A stretch of 64,000 nucleotides of DNA, from assembly GCA_963724295.1 (NCBI GenBank), contig CAVRUC010000006.1, positions 54,096 through 118,095 of the forward strand, written 5' to 3'. The notes below the pieces were generated by a model. That model searched no databases. It saw only the letters and a list, made by a program, of their open reading frames with translations, and was not told where the DNA came from. Position numbers and translations under genes: made by a program. This DNA is from an uncultured Chloroflexia bacterium. Its GTDB lineage: Bacteria; Chloroflexota; Chloroflexia; Thermomicrobiales; UBA6265. This document shows, one piece after another, positions 41,934-53,866 of this stretch (within the stretch, counting starts at the first letter, position 1; every line of letters begins with the position of its first letter).

Positions 41934-43541
41934 TTAGCGTGACGTTGGTGGCGGATTGTATTCCCAATGCCAAGGCTCTTTTTCGTATGGATAGAAGCCG
42001 AAGCGAGCGGCGTTTGCCACCAGCCACGAATAAACCGGAAGCGTGCGGAGCTTCGCCACGTTTCCGCTCGCGTTCCGACCGCCGAGATACAGATCGATGG
42101 CTCGTCCGGTTTGGTGCGCGCTTCTTCCCGGGGGCGCAACCCATTGCCGCGCTTTCTGGGCAGATCCGTACTTCTCCTTCGCCGCCGCCCAGAGGCGCTC
42201 TTGCCGCTCCGGACTGCGATAGCCTGATACCGGAAGGAGTAACGGGCTTTGAATGCCCGCTGCTCTCGCGGCCTTCACCATCTCGGCCCAGGCGACCGCG
42301 GCCAGTCGATGCAAGGGAACGCGCTTGCCTCCGAATCCATTGACTATCACGACATCCGCTGCATCAGGGGGTCTCCGATCCTCGATGCGCCGGCCTCCTC
42401 GCGCCTCGACGGCGATTGGGCGAAATCCGCTGGAGCTCGCCGAAGTCGGATTCGCCACTGGGAAGCGCGCGAGCACCGGCCGCACCAGGTCGTTACGGAT
42501 GCCAGGCGATTCAGGTTGCGGTGCTGGCGGGGGTGAAGCGCCAAGCCCCCGCTGTGGATGGCGCGGGGGCAGGATGCGGACCGCGTTCGCGGGCAGACCT
42601 GCTACCGCCTTCTGAATGAAGAACGCATTCTTTCGTTGGTTGATACCGGCCGCGGCAGAAATCCAGATCAATCCCTTGCGCCGTGCAAAATCCTCGGTAA
42701 ATTGACGCCACTCCTGCTCGTTCGGCTTGCGCTTATGTTTGTCGTGGAAGTAGACGAACGTAGAGTCGAATTCGCTGGCATTTCCAATGGGATTCGGCAC
42801 CTGACCCGTGGTCGCTTTCAAAGCAAGCGATCGAGCCGATGCGGGCAACTGTTCCCACGGTGTTGCCTGCAGCTGGATGAACCTCCGGAGTTGTCCACGT
42901 GGGATGTCCGTATGCGGGGCGGCATAGTAGCCGCCAGTTCGAACAAACTCAGGCTTGTTCATATGCCGCTTGGCAGCTCCCCAGCTGTTCAACACCGGCT
43001 GGAGCGGAGTGGAGTAGGCACGGATGAATTGGTGAAATGTCGGGTAGCGCTTGTGCGTGAAAAGCGCGTACCGATTGAACATCGCCCAAATGACGGCTCG
43101 GTTGTCAGCATCGTCTCGACCGCCCGCTTCTCCGACAATGAATCGAGCAATCCAGAGTGCGTCTTCTGGCGTGAACGCGTAGGAGAAAGGGACTCGTCCG
43201 GGAGTTTTCAGGACAAGCGCGCCAAGAGGGCCAGTCGGAGCTCCAGGGGCGATTGGGACAGCAGGACGCTGTTTGGCCAGTATCGGCTTGACGACGTCGT
43301 CGCGGATGCGAAGCCAGGCTTTCTGCTCAACCCGAGTCAGAACCTGGCCTTCTCGCCCCGGATAGCGGGCAAAGAAGAGCAGGTCGGTGAGCTTGTTGAC
43401 GTCACGCACTCCCTGCAGCAGTGCGATTCCGATAGCGACGGCCCACTGCCCCGTGCGCGCGGCGTCACGGAGACGCGAGAACCATGTGCCAGTCCCGGCC
43501 GTTGGCACCTGTTCGAACGACGGCTCGGCACGGATGTACAT
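41934..43541 (-). CDS. Unknown N-terminal domain + SleB/Hydrolase_2-like domain + M15B (VanY-like) peptidase
   Basis: [12 protein letters not shown]...[40 protein letters not shown]; no signal peptide. Confidence 0.85.
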   Translation of the reverse strand: MYIRAEPSFEQVPTAGTGTWFSRLRDAARTGQWAVAIGIALLQGVRDVNKLTDLLFFARYPGREGQVLTRVEQKAWLRIRDDVVKPILAKQRPAVPIAPGAPTGPLGALVLKTPGRVPFSYAFTPEDALWIARFIVGEAGGRDDADNRAVIWAMFNRYALFTHKRYPTFHQFIRAYSTPLQPVLNSWGAAKRHMNKPEFVRTGGYYAAPHTDIPRGQLRRFIQLQATPWEQLPASARSLALKATTGQVPNPIGNASEFDSTFVYFHDKHKRKPNEQEWRQFTEDFARRKGLIWISAAAGINQRKNAFFIQKAVAGLPANAVRILPPRHPQRGLGASPPPAPQPESPGIRNDLVRPVLARFPVANPTSASSSGFRPIAVEARGGRRIEDRRPPDAADVVIVNGFGGKRVPLHRLAAVAWAEMVKAARAAGIQSPLLLPVSGYRSPERQERLWAAAKEKYGSAQKARQWVAPPGRSAHQTGRAIDLYLGGRNASGNVAKLRTLPVYSWLVANAARFGFYPYEKEPWHWEYNPPPTSR

Positions 43542-43807
43542 GGCTCGACCTCCCGGCTCTCAGGATGTTGTTACAACCGGTCCGGGGCGCCTCTGTACTC
43601 GGTGTCGTACCAGAAGCGACCCACGATGCGACCGCCAACCTTTGTCCGGGGTCGAGCTGTCTGTGCCATGGCATCGACAACGAACTGCACGAGCGCCCCT
43701 TCTGGCAGTCGCACCGCCAATGGAAACCCATTCAACCCCCACGGATCGATGATGTGCTCGACTGAGAGATATGGACCGAGGGGTTGGCTCGAACTGCGAA
43801 TTTCCCA

Positions 43808-43934
43808 TGAGTTCCGGAAGAACGTTTCTCGGAAACACGGGTAAGCGAAGACAGCCTAGAAGGACGGGGGTGTGGCAGAAAGTCGCATATTTGCGCGAGG
43901 CATCAACGTGGTCACGCGTTTGTGTCTCATCAAG
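43808..43934 (-). promoter_or_regulatory. Promoter/operator block, copy 2, upstream of the M15 peptidase gene
   Basis: Colinear with 40764-40890 (TGAGTTCCGGAAGAACG, GGAAACACG, GTAAGCGAAGACAGCCTAG, CAACGTGGTCAC, TTTGTGTCTCA). Confidence 0.7.
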
Positions 43935-44216
43935 GCAGTGTTGATGCGGCTGAAACGTGAGACGCCGGCATCCGGCGGTTCTCTTGTGATGGTGCGTTCA
44001 ATTAGCGCCAATTGGCAGATCGGTTCGCGGTCACGCAATCGCCGATCAGCCCAATCGTGAATAACCGGCTCCGGCTCGACCAGCGCGGTGACTCCGTGAG
44101 GCAGGCCAACAAGGCGTGAGGCGGGCCTCCCAGCTCGCGCTCCGGAAACGAGCAGCCCCGGCCAGACTGGCCGGGGCTGACAATCGTGCGCGAAGAAAAG
44201 GCGAAACGACGTAGTT

Positions 44217-44636
44217 CTACGGAGTAACAACAATCGGGACGCACGCGCCGTCGGCATCGCACGCTTCCGCAACAAGCGGATCGATGTCGCACGGCGTTCC
44301 TTCAGGGGCGGTCTCGAAGGTGCACGTGGCGTTCGCGTCATCACAGCCGCTGGCGACCAGACACTCCGCGGGCGGGGTGCACAGGATATCTCCTTCATGC
44401 TTGCTATGGGCGGACGGCGCGCCAACCGTGACAAATCGGTAGCTCCCATTGCCGGTCTGGTGGCAATAAGAGAGCTTTGTCCGGCCCTTGCCCTTACCCT
44501 TGCCTGGCTTGGCCTTGATCACTGCCGTACCCGCAACGAGTGCGGCGACGCCGCCGAGGACACCACCAACGATCCGGCGGCGGGATGTCGGTGTTGCTAC
44601 TTCACGAAGCAATGTGTCGAACCGTTCGCCATTCAC
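44217..44636 (-). CDS. Small secreted Cys-rich protein with RFDxL leader and twin-Arg-like signal
   Basis: GAGGAGG + GTG; ERFDTLLRE...SRRRIVGG, hydrophobic helix, KPGKGKGK, 8 Cys. Confidence 0.75.
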   Translation of the reverse strand: MNGERFDTLLREVATPTSRRRIVGGVLGGVAALVAGTAVIKAKPGKGKGKGRTKLSYCHQTGNGSYRFVTVGAPSAHSKHEGDILCTPPAECLVASGCDDANATCTFETAPEGTPCDIDPLVAEACDADGACVPIVVTP

Positions 44637-44908
44637 TTTGAGATCCTCCTCTGGCCACCGTGGCGATGATGAGTTCTCCGCCATCTCCGCCTTGGGGACC
44701 TTCGAAGCCGCTTGCAGTGTGCGCTCGGCCTCTCCACAGTCGAGATGTTCCCCGACCAGGGTACATTATACCTTCATAGGAGTGGCAGCAGAATTTAACT
44801 GTTACCACCAGGAGCAGGGGTGCGGATCTGAATACGTCCACCCCTCTGGTCCACTTCAGCGCTGACGACGGGGACAGGGAGGACGCGGCGTGAGCGAGGA
44901 ACGTGCGT

Positions 44909-46622
44909 TTAGTCTCGCCGCCGCTCCCTGCGGTCTCGAAGTCGCTCGCGCGGTCCGCGCCGCTCCCCTGAGTCTCCCTCCGCCTCGGGCGGTACCGCAT
45001 CGTCTTCCACGATGGGGACCTCTTCTCCCGTCACGTCGGGAGCGGGGTCCGCGATGGGTGCTGGAGCCGGCTCTGCGATCGGCACGGGTGCGGGATCCTG
45101 GATCGGAAGAGCGGTCGGCACCGCAACCGGCGCCGGCGTCGGCTGCTGGGTCGGTGGTGGAGCGGACCTCTGGAACACGAGATCTTCCTCGTTGCCGAAG
45201 AGGTTTTGCGGCACGGATGCGAGTCCAGCGCACCCCTGACGTTCGATGCACTCGAGCTGGAATCTCATGAGTCGCTCCGCGCCCTGCAGAGGCACGTCGG
45301 CGCTACTCTCGATGTCGAGTAGCGCGACAATGGCTCCGAGGCGGCTGTAGATGCGGAAGCCGCTCGCCGCCTGTTCACCGGCTCCGGTCACGCGACGGGT
45401 GGCAAACATTGCGGCAGCATCGCCGAGTGACGGAGGCGCCGGGACTTCCGTGAAGGTTCCGGCGCCCGTCGTGGCGTCTGCGAGCAGTCCGTCCCGCTGC
45501 GTCTCGAACCACAGGCCGGCTTCGGTGTCACCTGGGAAGGCAAAGAGCGAGGTCGTCACGAAGACCTGGGTGGTCTCGGGCTCGGTGTCGACGGCGACAG
45601 TCGGTTCAGGGGTGCTCGCCACCGCCGGCGCCGCCGGCTCTCCCTCGATCTGAATGACGGAGGTTGGCGTGGGCGCAGCCGTCGCGACTGGCCCGGACTG
45701 CTCGGCGCCCCGCACCGGCTGTCCTGGTTCATCTAACGCGAAGGCACCGTTCGTCGTGGAGGAAAACGCGTCCGTTGTGCCGGTGAACAGCTCGACCCGG
45801 CGCAGCCGCGTCGCCTCATCTTCCTCATAGAGCGCGGTCAAGGTGCCAGCGCGCACGTCGTAGAGATCGCGCCGGACCAGGTCGCCTACCGCGGCCGAGG
45901 AATCGATCTGCAAGCCCATGGCGCCCAACGGCACGCTCTCCCGCTCGGCCACCACTGCCGCCCGCTCGGCGACACGCTGGGCCACGGTATCCAGCAAGCT
46001 CGAGATCCGGGGCGCGATCGAGCAAATCGGCATAGACGATCATGCCGAGCATCGACCCTACCCGGAAGACCAACGACGCGGCCTGATAGTCCGCTCCGGT
46101 ATCCGGGGTCACCCCCGCAAGCAGGCTGATGGCCGATTCGTCACCAACACGCGGCGCTTCGACACCACCGTCATCGGGTACGAGCGTGGCAAACGCCGAT
46201 CCGGCATCCTGCGGGGAGGCATATTCGATCACGAACGATGAGAACTGGAGGCTAAACGTGCCAGGAATATCGGCGTTGGGAGCCGCGAGCCGGCTTTCAT
46301 ACCGCTGCAACCAGCTGGCCTCGGCCAGCCCGCGGTTAGCCCCTGGCATCGTGGCGGTCGAGGCCTCACCCCCTGCGGCCGCGGCCGCCGCGGCACGGCG
46401 GGCGTCTTCGTCGAGGGTGACAAACCGGCCATCGACGAACCCGATGCCCGGAACCAGATCGCCGAAGTCCACGGGGTACGGCACAACGCGCGCGATATCG
46501 AGAAGGGGATTGGGCTCCTCGCTCGCCTGGTCCGTTGGCGATTGGGCATGGATGGCCGGGGTGACGACCATCAGGAGCCAGGGAAGAACCAGGATCAGCG
46601 CGGCCAGTCGAGTGGTCGTCAC
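44909..46622 (-). CDS. Secreted hypothetical protein with Pro-rich tail (frameshift ~46000)
   Basis: Signal peptide ending IHA-Q; ORFs 45825-46637 and 44909-46033 join. Confidence 0.7.
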
Positions 46623-46998
46623 GGCGACGCCTCCCACGTCTGGTGACTTTCACGGCGCCTCGTCTCGGCGAGGTGTCTCCGCATGGTAGCGCGTCGAGCC
46701 ACCGGGGCCGGTACCGCCCCGCGTGAACGATTCATCCGAGGTGGGGCCATGCGAGGCAGAGGCCGGATGCGCGAGACGGACGGCTGGCATCGATCACCGG
46801 CTCGTCGCTTCAGGCCGCCACTCGTGTCGACACGATCGAACCGGGCCTTATCTATGTCGGCTCAGTGCGTGGTGTGCGAATTGACAGACTTCTCTCGGGC
46901 CTGTAACCTCCGCCTAACCTTAGCTCAATCGACGATGGCGAGCGTGCCTTCCTGGCCACCGGCCCCACCGCCGCTTCGAGTCGGACAGGAGGCTCGTC

Positions 46999-48067
46999 AT
47001 GGATGCCAATCACGATTACTTCTCCCTTCGCTCCGTGATCTCCGGCCCGCAGCGGGGCAGATCCCGCCGGACCAGGCACATTGCTCCCGCCCTGGCGCTG
47101 ATCACGGCGCTGCTGTTTGCTGGATCAGCCCTCTCGGCGGTGCGGATCGGCACCAACGGCAGTGAGACGATCGTCGGCACAAACGGCAATGATCAGCTCA
47201 ACGGCAAAGGCGGCGACGACATCCTCAATGGCAAGGCCGGCAACGACATGTACTCCTTCGCCGATGCGTGGGGATCAGACAGTCTGATCGAGACGGCCAA
47301 AGGCGGGATTGACACGGTCAATTTCCACCATGTAGTGACCGGCCCTGTTGCGATCCATCTCGTCCCCGAGTGGACGTCAGTGGGTTCCAATTTCAACGGG
47401 GTCGCCAGTCTGAGTAGTAGCCGGGTGCAATTCAGCTACACGCTCAACGGCAAGACTGTCGAGTCGTCCGTCGAGAATGCCATCGGTTCGCAGGGTGTGG
47501 ACCGGAAGACCCGTAGCGGTGACTTGATCGTCGGGGGCGGCGGCAAGAACATCTTGCAGCCAGGTGGTGGGGGATTTGACAGCCTGCGAGACGTCGGTGG
47601 ATGGAATGACGGCCCCGAGGGCAGACCGGAGATCCCGGTCAGCAACGATGTCTATAAAGGGTTCGCCGGCAATACCGGGACAGACTTCGTCATCGACTAC
47701 GGCGGGGAACGGGGATGTGCTCGATCTGCGTCCCTTTTCAACCGAGGATATCTACTTCGACGCGATCGACACCGATGATGACGGCGCCACTGAAACGCTC
47801 CAGATCGTGATGAGCACGACCACGCAGGTACTGATCCTGGGCCAGTTCGCTGACGTCCCCGGCTTGCCGGGGGGCGCTAATTTCCACGGCCGCATCGAGA
47901 CGATCATCTTCACCGATGAGACGATCAAGGACATCGGCACGCTCCAGGCCCTCAGATCCGCATCGACAAGGGCCGGGTCTGGCAAGCAACGACGATTGGC
48001 CGCGGCAGCCGAGGGACTGGCCAAGGAGGCGCGGACATTGGCCGCTCGGCATGATCCACTGCCGTGA
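46999..48067 (+). CDS. Secreted protein with RTX/hemolysin-type Ca-binding repeats (frameshift ~47705)
   Basis: AGGAGG RBS; GTNGNDQL, GKGGDDIL, GKAGNDMY, GGIDTV, GGGGFDSL; continues in ORF 47564-48067. Confidence 0.75.
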
Positions 48068-48276
48068 CGTCCAATACCGTCTCGTACCCTCTCGCGCTGC
48101 GCTCGGTCAGATCCAGACTAAGCAGCGTGTTGCAAAACCTGTTCATCGGCCGCACCCGGTCATTGCCAAAAAGCTCGCCGGTAGGCATCGGCTGCGAAGA
48201 CGTTCCACTCAACTTTGGCTGGTTGACCTCCTCTTCTGCCCCACAGTGCCACCACCCTCCACGTCGCCGCGGCCCG

Positions 48277-48516
48277 TCACCGTGCAGGGAGTGCCACAGG
48301 ATCGGCCGAGGTGTCATTGGTCTGAGATATCCTCAGGATTCGCTCTCTGAGACGGACGAGCGCCGCACCAAGTAACGCTGGCACCTGGGCAGGTCCCTTA
48401 GCGTGGGAGCACTTCGCGGCCACCTCGTCGGCCAGCCAGCCACGTGCCGCCACGTTATCGAGCCGGCCCCGATTGATCTGCTCGGCCATATAGCTGACAG
48501 CAAGATTAGGGTTCAT
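48277..48516 (-). CDS. Small hypothetical protein downstream of the STAND-LuxR regulator
   Basis: GGGGAG RBS + ATG; 79-aa frame. Confidence 0.45.
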   Translation of the reverse strand: MNPNLAVSYMAEQINRGRLDNVAARGWLADEVAAKCSHAKGPAQVPALLGAALVRLRERILRISQTNDTSADPVALPAR

Positions 48517-48706
48517 TGAGTCATTCTCCCCGTGCCGCGTCGAGCGGCCTCTATTCGCCGGACCGTGCCCTACCGTTCAAGGCATGGTCCGAGCATGCGC
48601 TGAGGCTGAGGGTCCGACATCCGGTGACTCCCGGATTTCGCATTCGCGTTTCTGGCACGTGCCGGCTACGGGGGTCGTACGGGTACGTAGTCGTGGAGGC
48701 TGCGGA

Positions 48707-51031
48707 CTAGGCCAACCCGACGCGGACGGCGTGGGCGGCAGCCTCGGCGCGGGAGGTGACGCCGAGCTTGGCCAGGATGTGCGTGACGTGGGTCTCGGCG
48801 GTGCGGGGGCTAATGAACAACGCATCAGCGATCTCAGGGTTGGAGCGACCCTCAACCAGGAGCCGAAGGACGTCCCGCTCGCGGGGCGTCAGGTGCCGGG
48901 CGTCTCGCTCGGAGGTCGTCCGCGATCTCTCGCCCTCGACGGCGCTCAGCACCCGGTCCGCCTCAGATCTGGCCTCCTCTTCTCGCATGCGTCGCCCGGC
49001 CTCCCACGCCTCGTGGTAAGCGTCATCGCCGATGCCCTGGCGAGCCGCCGCCTTGGCGCGCTCGTAGGCGACAGTTTCGGGCAGGGTAGCCTTACTGATG
49101 TGTGCCTCGGTGGTCGCCGCGCCAAAGAGCCTAGCGGTCGACTCCGCTGCGCCGACAAGGCTTGCGAGCACGGCTACGGCCTCCAGGAACATCCCGTGAT
49201 GGTGTCTTAACCCGCTTGTCGATGCCGACGGGAGATGCTGACGGAGGAGGTCGGCGGCGCGCCGCGGCTGGTCCTGTGCACAGGCGATGAGTGCGAGGTA
49301 GGAGAGGCTCCAGGCGGGAACCAGCGGATCGTCGAGCGCGAAGGCCGCGGCGCTCGCCCCTTCCAAGAGGGCGGTCGCCTCCAGCATGTCTCCCCGGCCG
49401 TAGGCGACGACGCCGAGGTGGTAGTCGGCAACGAGTGGCATCCATACATTGCCTGCCTGTTCTGCGAGCCTCCGCGCGGCGGTGATGAATTCCTCGGCTG
49501 TCGCGTACTCCCCTTGGTCCTCGGCCATGACGCCGAGCAGCAGCGCGGACTCAGCCTCATAGATCACATGGCCGATGGTCCGAGCGAGTGCCAATGCCTG
49601 TTCCAGGTATCCTGCCGCCTCGGGAACATCCAGTATCTCCGCAAAGTGGCCGGCATGGTGCAATGCTCCGACGTACTCCGCGGTCACGCCGTCTGTGGAG
49701 TTGACTGCAAGTGCTCGTTCCAGCCACCCTAGACCCTCCCGATAGTGCCCTCCTAAGTACCAAAACCATCCCAGCACGTCGGCAAGTCTCAGCAGGTCCG
49801 TCGACCGGCCTCTTTCGTCCAGCCACGCTAGGGCAATTCGTAGATTAGGATGCTCGACCTCCAAGCGGTCGAAGACGTCGGGGCGAACAATCGGGCTGAG
49901 AGCAGCCGTCGCCTGGTCAGCGAAGGTCAGGCACCACGCCGCGTGACGGTCTTGAATCGTCGCTACTTCTCCGGCCGCTACCAATTGCTCCAGTCCAAAT
50001 TCGCGAACCGTCTCCAGCATTAGGTACCGCGGCTCGCCGCCCGGCCCGTCCTCCTCCCGCAGCAGGCTCTGCTCCACCAGTGAAGCCACGCCATCCAGAA
50101 CATCGATCGCGAGGTTGGGTCCGCTGGCGACGGCCTCTGCCGCCTCCAGCGTGAAGCCGCCGACGAAGATGGCGAGTCGGCGGAAGAACGTTTGCTCTTC
50201 CGGCGTCAACAAGTCGTGGGACCAGGCGATGGCATCGCGCATCGTTTGCTGTCGCGCCGGTAGGTCGCGTCCGCCTCCCGTCAGTAGCGGCAGCCGATGG
50301 TCCAGCCTGGTCAGCAGCGCCGATGGGGAGAGGATTTTGACCCGGGCCGCGGCGAGCTCGATGGCCAGCGGTAATCCATCCAGTCGGCGGCAGATGGTGG
50401 CGACTACCGGTGCGTTGGCGTCGGTGACCGCGAAGTCGGGTTTGACGGCCTGCGCCCGCATGACGAAGAGGCGCACGGCTGCCGATTCGTCGAGGCCACG
50501 CGCGGATGGCTGATCCTCGCTCTCGGGCAGTGCCAATGGCAGGACGGGGATCTCGTGCTCGTCAGAGAGGCGCAAGCGGACCCGACTCGTGACGAGCACA
50601 GTTAGCGCGGGGCACCCGGCCAACACGGCAGCCACGAGCGGAGCCGCCTCGACGACTTGCTCAAAGTTGTCGAGGACCAGCAGGAAGTGCTTGTCATCCA
50701 AGAATGCCGTGACCCGCTCAGTTACGCTCTCGCTCCCGCCCTCCCCCATACCCAGGGCCCGCGCGATGGCGGGGGCTACCAAGTCGGGGTTCGTGATCGA
50801 TGCGAGACCAACGAAGACGACGCCGTCTGGGAAAGCGGCATCCAAATCCGAGGCAACGTGCACGGCGAGCCGGGTCTTGCCAACGCCGCCAGGCCCGCTC
50901 AGGGTCAGCAGGGGAACGTCATCACGAAGCAGCAGTCCGCGGATCACCGCTAGTTCCCGCTCCCGTCCGATCAACGGGGTGCGAGCCTGTGGTAATCGAG
51001 ACAGACGGCTAGAAGGTAAGGAATCGGTCAT
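48707..51031 (-). CDS. STAND ATPase + TPR + LuxR HTH regulator
   Basis: [31 protein letters not shown]-terminal LTPRERDVL...[17 protein letters not shown]. Confidence 0.93.
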   Translation of the reverse strand: MTDSLPSSRLSRLPQARTPLIGRERELAVIRGLLLRDDVPLLTLSGPGGVGKTRLAVHVASDLDAAFPDGVVFVGLASITNPDLVAPAIARALGMGEGGSESVTERVTAFLDDKHFLLVLDNFEQVVEAAPLVAAVLAGCPALTVLVTSRVRLRLSDEHEIPVLPLALPESEDQPSARGLDESAAVRLFVMRAQAVKPDFAVTDANAPVVATICRRLDGLPLAIELAAARVKILSPSALLTRLDHRLPLLTGGGRDLPARQQTMRDAIAWSHDLLTPEEQTFFRRLAIFVGGFTLEAAEAVASGPNLAIDVLDGVASLVEQSLLREEDGPGGEPRYLMLETVREFGLEQLVAAGEVATIQDRHAAWCLTFADQATAALSPIVRPDVFDRLEVEHPNLRIALAWLDERGRSTDLLRLADVLGWFWYLGGHYREGLGWLERALAVNSTDGVTAEYVGALHHAGHFAEILDVPEAAGYLEQALALARTIGHVIYEAESALLLGVMAEDQGEYATAEEFITAARRLAEQAGNVWMPLVADYHLGVVAYGRGDMLEATALLEGASAAAFALDDPLVPAWSLSYLALIACAQDQPRRAADLLRQHLPSASTSGLRHHHGMFLEAVAVLASLVGAAESTARLFGAATTEAHISKATLPETVAYERAKAAARQGIGDDAYHEAWEAGRRMREEEARSEADRVLSAVEGERSRTTSERDARHLTPRERDVLRLLVEGRSNPEIADALFISPRTAETHVTHILAKLGVTSRAEAAAHAVRVGLA

Positions 51032-51398
51032 GGCAGCTCTGGCCGAGTACTTATACGCACTGGGGGATGATAGCGCCGTACCGGGGTAGGCTCCCGCGCG
51101 TCATTCTGTCGTGGGAGCGAGGAATCGGAGACAGATCAGGGAACAGCCGAGACGGTTCCACCAGTCAGGTCCAGCGGCATCGCCCTGGTTCACAGCTCTT
51201 GTGAAGCTGCGTAGCCTCGCCTTTGCCTGCTCGCCGTCTGGCTGCTGTCGCTCGAGGCGAGAGGTTGACAGTCGGCCACTCCGCGTTTACGATCCATTCA
51301 TTCTTGACGCCACGACTCGAGCCTTGCGACCTCTGCACGGGGTCCTAACACGTTCGTCCCGCTTTTCGGTCTCCTGCCCGACTGGAAGGAGGTCACCC

Positions 51399-52324
51399 GT
51401 GGACCTGACCCGACTCGATCGCCTGGCGCGCTCCCTTGCGGAGCGACGCACCGTGGTGCGAACCCTGGCCGGTTTGCCCCTCGCCGCTGTCGCAACCGGA
51501 GCCGACCGCGGCGCCAGCTCCGCCGCGGCACGGCAGCGCCAGAAGAAGAAGGGCAATCGCAAACCGGCCTGCTCCACGGGGGAAGTGCGTCTCGCGGGGA
51601 CGTGCGTGCGCTTCTGCGATGTGTGCGTCGAGAGGCTGCCTGTTCAACAGGATTCCGCTGGCACTTGGCGTCGGCACCTGCGGGAGCGACCGATCATTCT
51701 CTGCCCGGAGACGTTCACCGAGACGGTCAACGTGTTCAAGAATGTCACCCTCGTCGGGGCTGGCGCGGATCCGGAGGACACGGTGCTGGAGGGCGGCGCC
51801 GCGGTCAACCCGGTGCTCGTCATTCACCCCGGCGTAACCGCAACAGTGCGCAACCTGACGATCACCGGGGTGCAATCGGGGTCGTCCGGTGCGATCAATA
51901 ACCTGGGCACACTTGACGCTGGAGTCGGTCCGGGTCATCGACAACCAGGGCCAGAATTATGGCGGGATCTTCAACGCTTCTGGCGCTACGCTGACCCTCA
52001 CCGACAGCCTCGTCGAGGGGAACACGTCGAACTTGCCCGGTGGCGGCATCAGGAATGGCTCCAACGCTAGCGTGACCCTGAACAATAGCGAGATCAAGGG
52101 GAACCAGGCCCCGCAGGGTGGCGGGGTGGACGTCGACATCGGCGGCGTCCTGAACCTGGAAAAAGGGAGCAAGATCACCGGCAACACCGCCACGGATAGC
52201 GCTGGGGACGGTTGGCGGCGGTGTCCTCAACAAGGGCACCGTGACGATCAGTGGTAAGAGCAAGATCACGAAGAACACCCCGGACAACTGCGTCAACACC
52301 AATAACGGAACAGGGTGCCCCTAA
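51399..52324 (+). CDS. Secreted beta-helix (pectin-lyase-fold/Pmp-like) protein, several frameshifts
   Basis: AAGGAGG + GTG; RLDRLAR leader, KKKG, Cys cluster; GAINN, GGIFN, GGGIRN, GGGV repeats; ends NTPDNC...GCP at TAA 52324. Confidence 0.7.
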
Positions 52325-52548
52325 TCGCCGAATGCAACTAATCCGTCTTCAGGCTCGGGACCTGGATCTGGAGCCGAACAACTCCTCTGATCGGGCCCAC
52401 CCGAGCATACTTTGCAATGTCACAAGCCTACACTGACCACTATTCGCTCCTGTTGTACGTCGTCTCGACCACATGCTTGGAATGCCTGCCGTGAGGAACT
52501 GGTAGCGGGCGATGATGCACCCCGATATGATCATGTAGGGGATCGCCG

Positions 52549-53818
52549 ATGCGGGTCTCGCAAATCGAGGTCGTTACGGCGGGTGATGCTTGTCAACTCC
52601 AGGGATGGGTCGAGAGTGATGCCACCGAGGACGATGTCGACTGGTTCGAGCCCTTCTCGCTCTGGTACCGCTTTCCGCACTGGTGTTTGCCCTATCTGAG
52701 CGCGGACAATGGCGATCCCTTCCTGGCTGCGCTCATCCTCCCGGCGATGCGGATGCGCGAGAAGCTGATCATCCCAGCACCCGTTTCTCCTCAACTGCTC
52801 GAGACACTGCCCGAGATCCAGACGATCTACACCCAGTTCGATCCCCAAACGGCACGCGTCCCGATCGAGGCCGAACCACGGCACAACGCATTGCCGATCG
52901 TGGATCGAGAGCCGTGGGTGGCGCTCTTCTTCTCCATGGGCATCGATTCGTATCTACAGCCTGCTCAAGAACCAGCGGGAACACCCAGCCGATAGCGCGA
53001 CGATCACCCATCTGATCTCGCTCCATGGTTTCGATGCGGCGCATCACGGCTGGGACGAGGCGTTTCCGCCAGCGCTTCTCAGGAACTTCACGCGTGTGAG
53101 CGACGACCTGGGCAAGACGCTCGTCCCGGTGGTGACCAATGTCCGGCAGGTTGGAGCCCGGCTTGCGCCGTGGACCATGATGCATGGGGCCGCGCTGGCA
53201 AGCGTTGCACTGGCGCTCGGGAGCGCGATCCGTCGCCTGACGATTGCCTCGTCGGCGACCTACGACACGATCTATCCGTGGGGAACGCACCCGCTGCTCG
53301 ACCCGCTCTGGGCGACGGAGACGATCACCGTCGTCCACGATGGATGTGAAAAGAGCGCCATCGAAAAACTCCACGACATCATCGTGTCGGACCTCGTCCT
53401 GCAGACGCTACGCGTCTGCCCCGGTTACGGTCCGGAATACAACTGCGGCCGCTGCAACAAGTGCATGCGCACCATGGTCGATTTGCTGCTGGCGGGCCGT
53501 CTCCAGCGCGCGCAGACATACCCGCATGAAATCGATCCCGAGCGGCTGCGTGTCGCGTTGCAGGCACCGACGAGTCCCGTGCAGCTCGTGAACTTCCGGA
53601 GGCGGTTGGCAGCTTTTGATGAAACCGGTCTGCGCCCGGATCTGCGGCAGGTGATCGCAGACCACATCAGTCGAATCGAGGGCGGCGCGAAGCCTCAGTC
53701 CCGGCGGTCGTGGCTCGCTCGCTTCTCACCGCGGCGACGCCGGCCGAGACAGGCTGAACCTGGGAGCATGCGCCGGTTAGACGGTTCCGGATTGCTCCAA
53801 TTTGCCGGCCCCTGGTAG
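52549..53818 (+). CDS. Hypothetical protein with PP-loop-like motif (adenine nucleotide alpha-hydrolase-like), frameshift ~52955
   Basis: LFFSMGIDS, WGTHPLLDPLW, LRVC...NCGRCNKC across ORFs 52549-52995 and 53096-53818. Confidence 0.7.
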
Positions 53819-53866
53819 CCGTTGCGTCGCGATTGCGGGAATCAGCGTGGACGGCGCAAGGGTTTT

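Noticed and set aside
29736..43541. Prophage lysis cassette, eCIS or T6SS
   Set aside because: No holin, terminase, capsid, sheath, tube, baseplate, VgrG or integrase motifs seen
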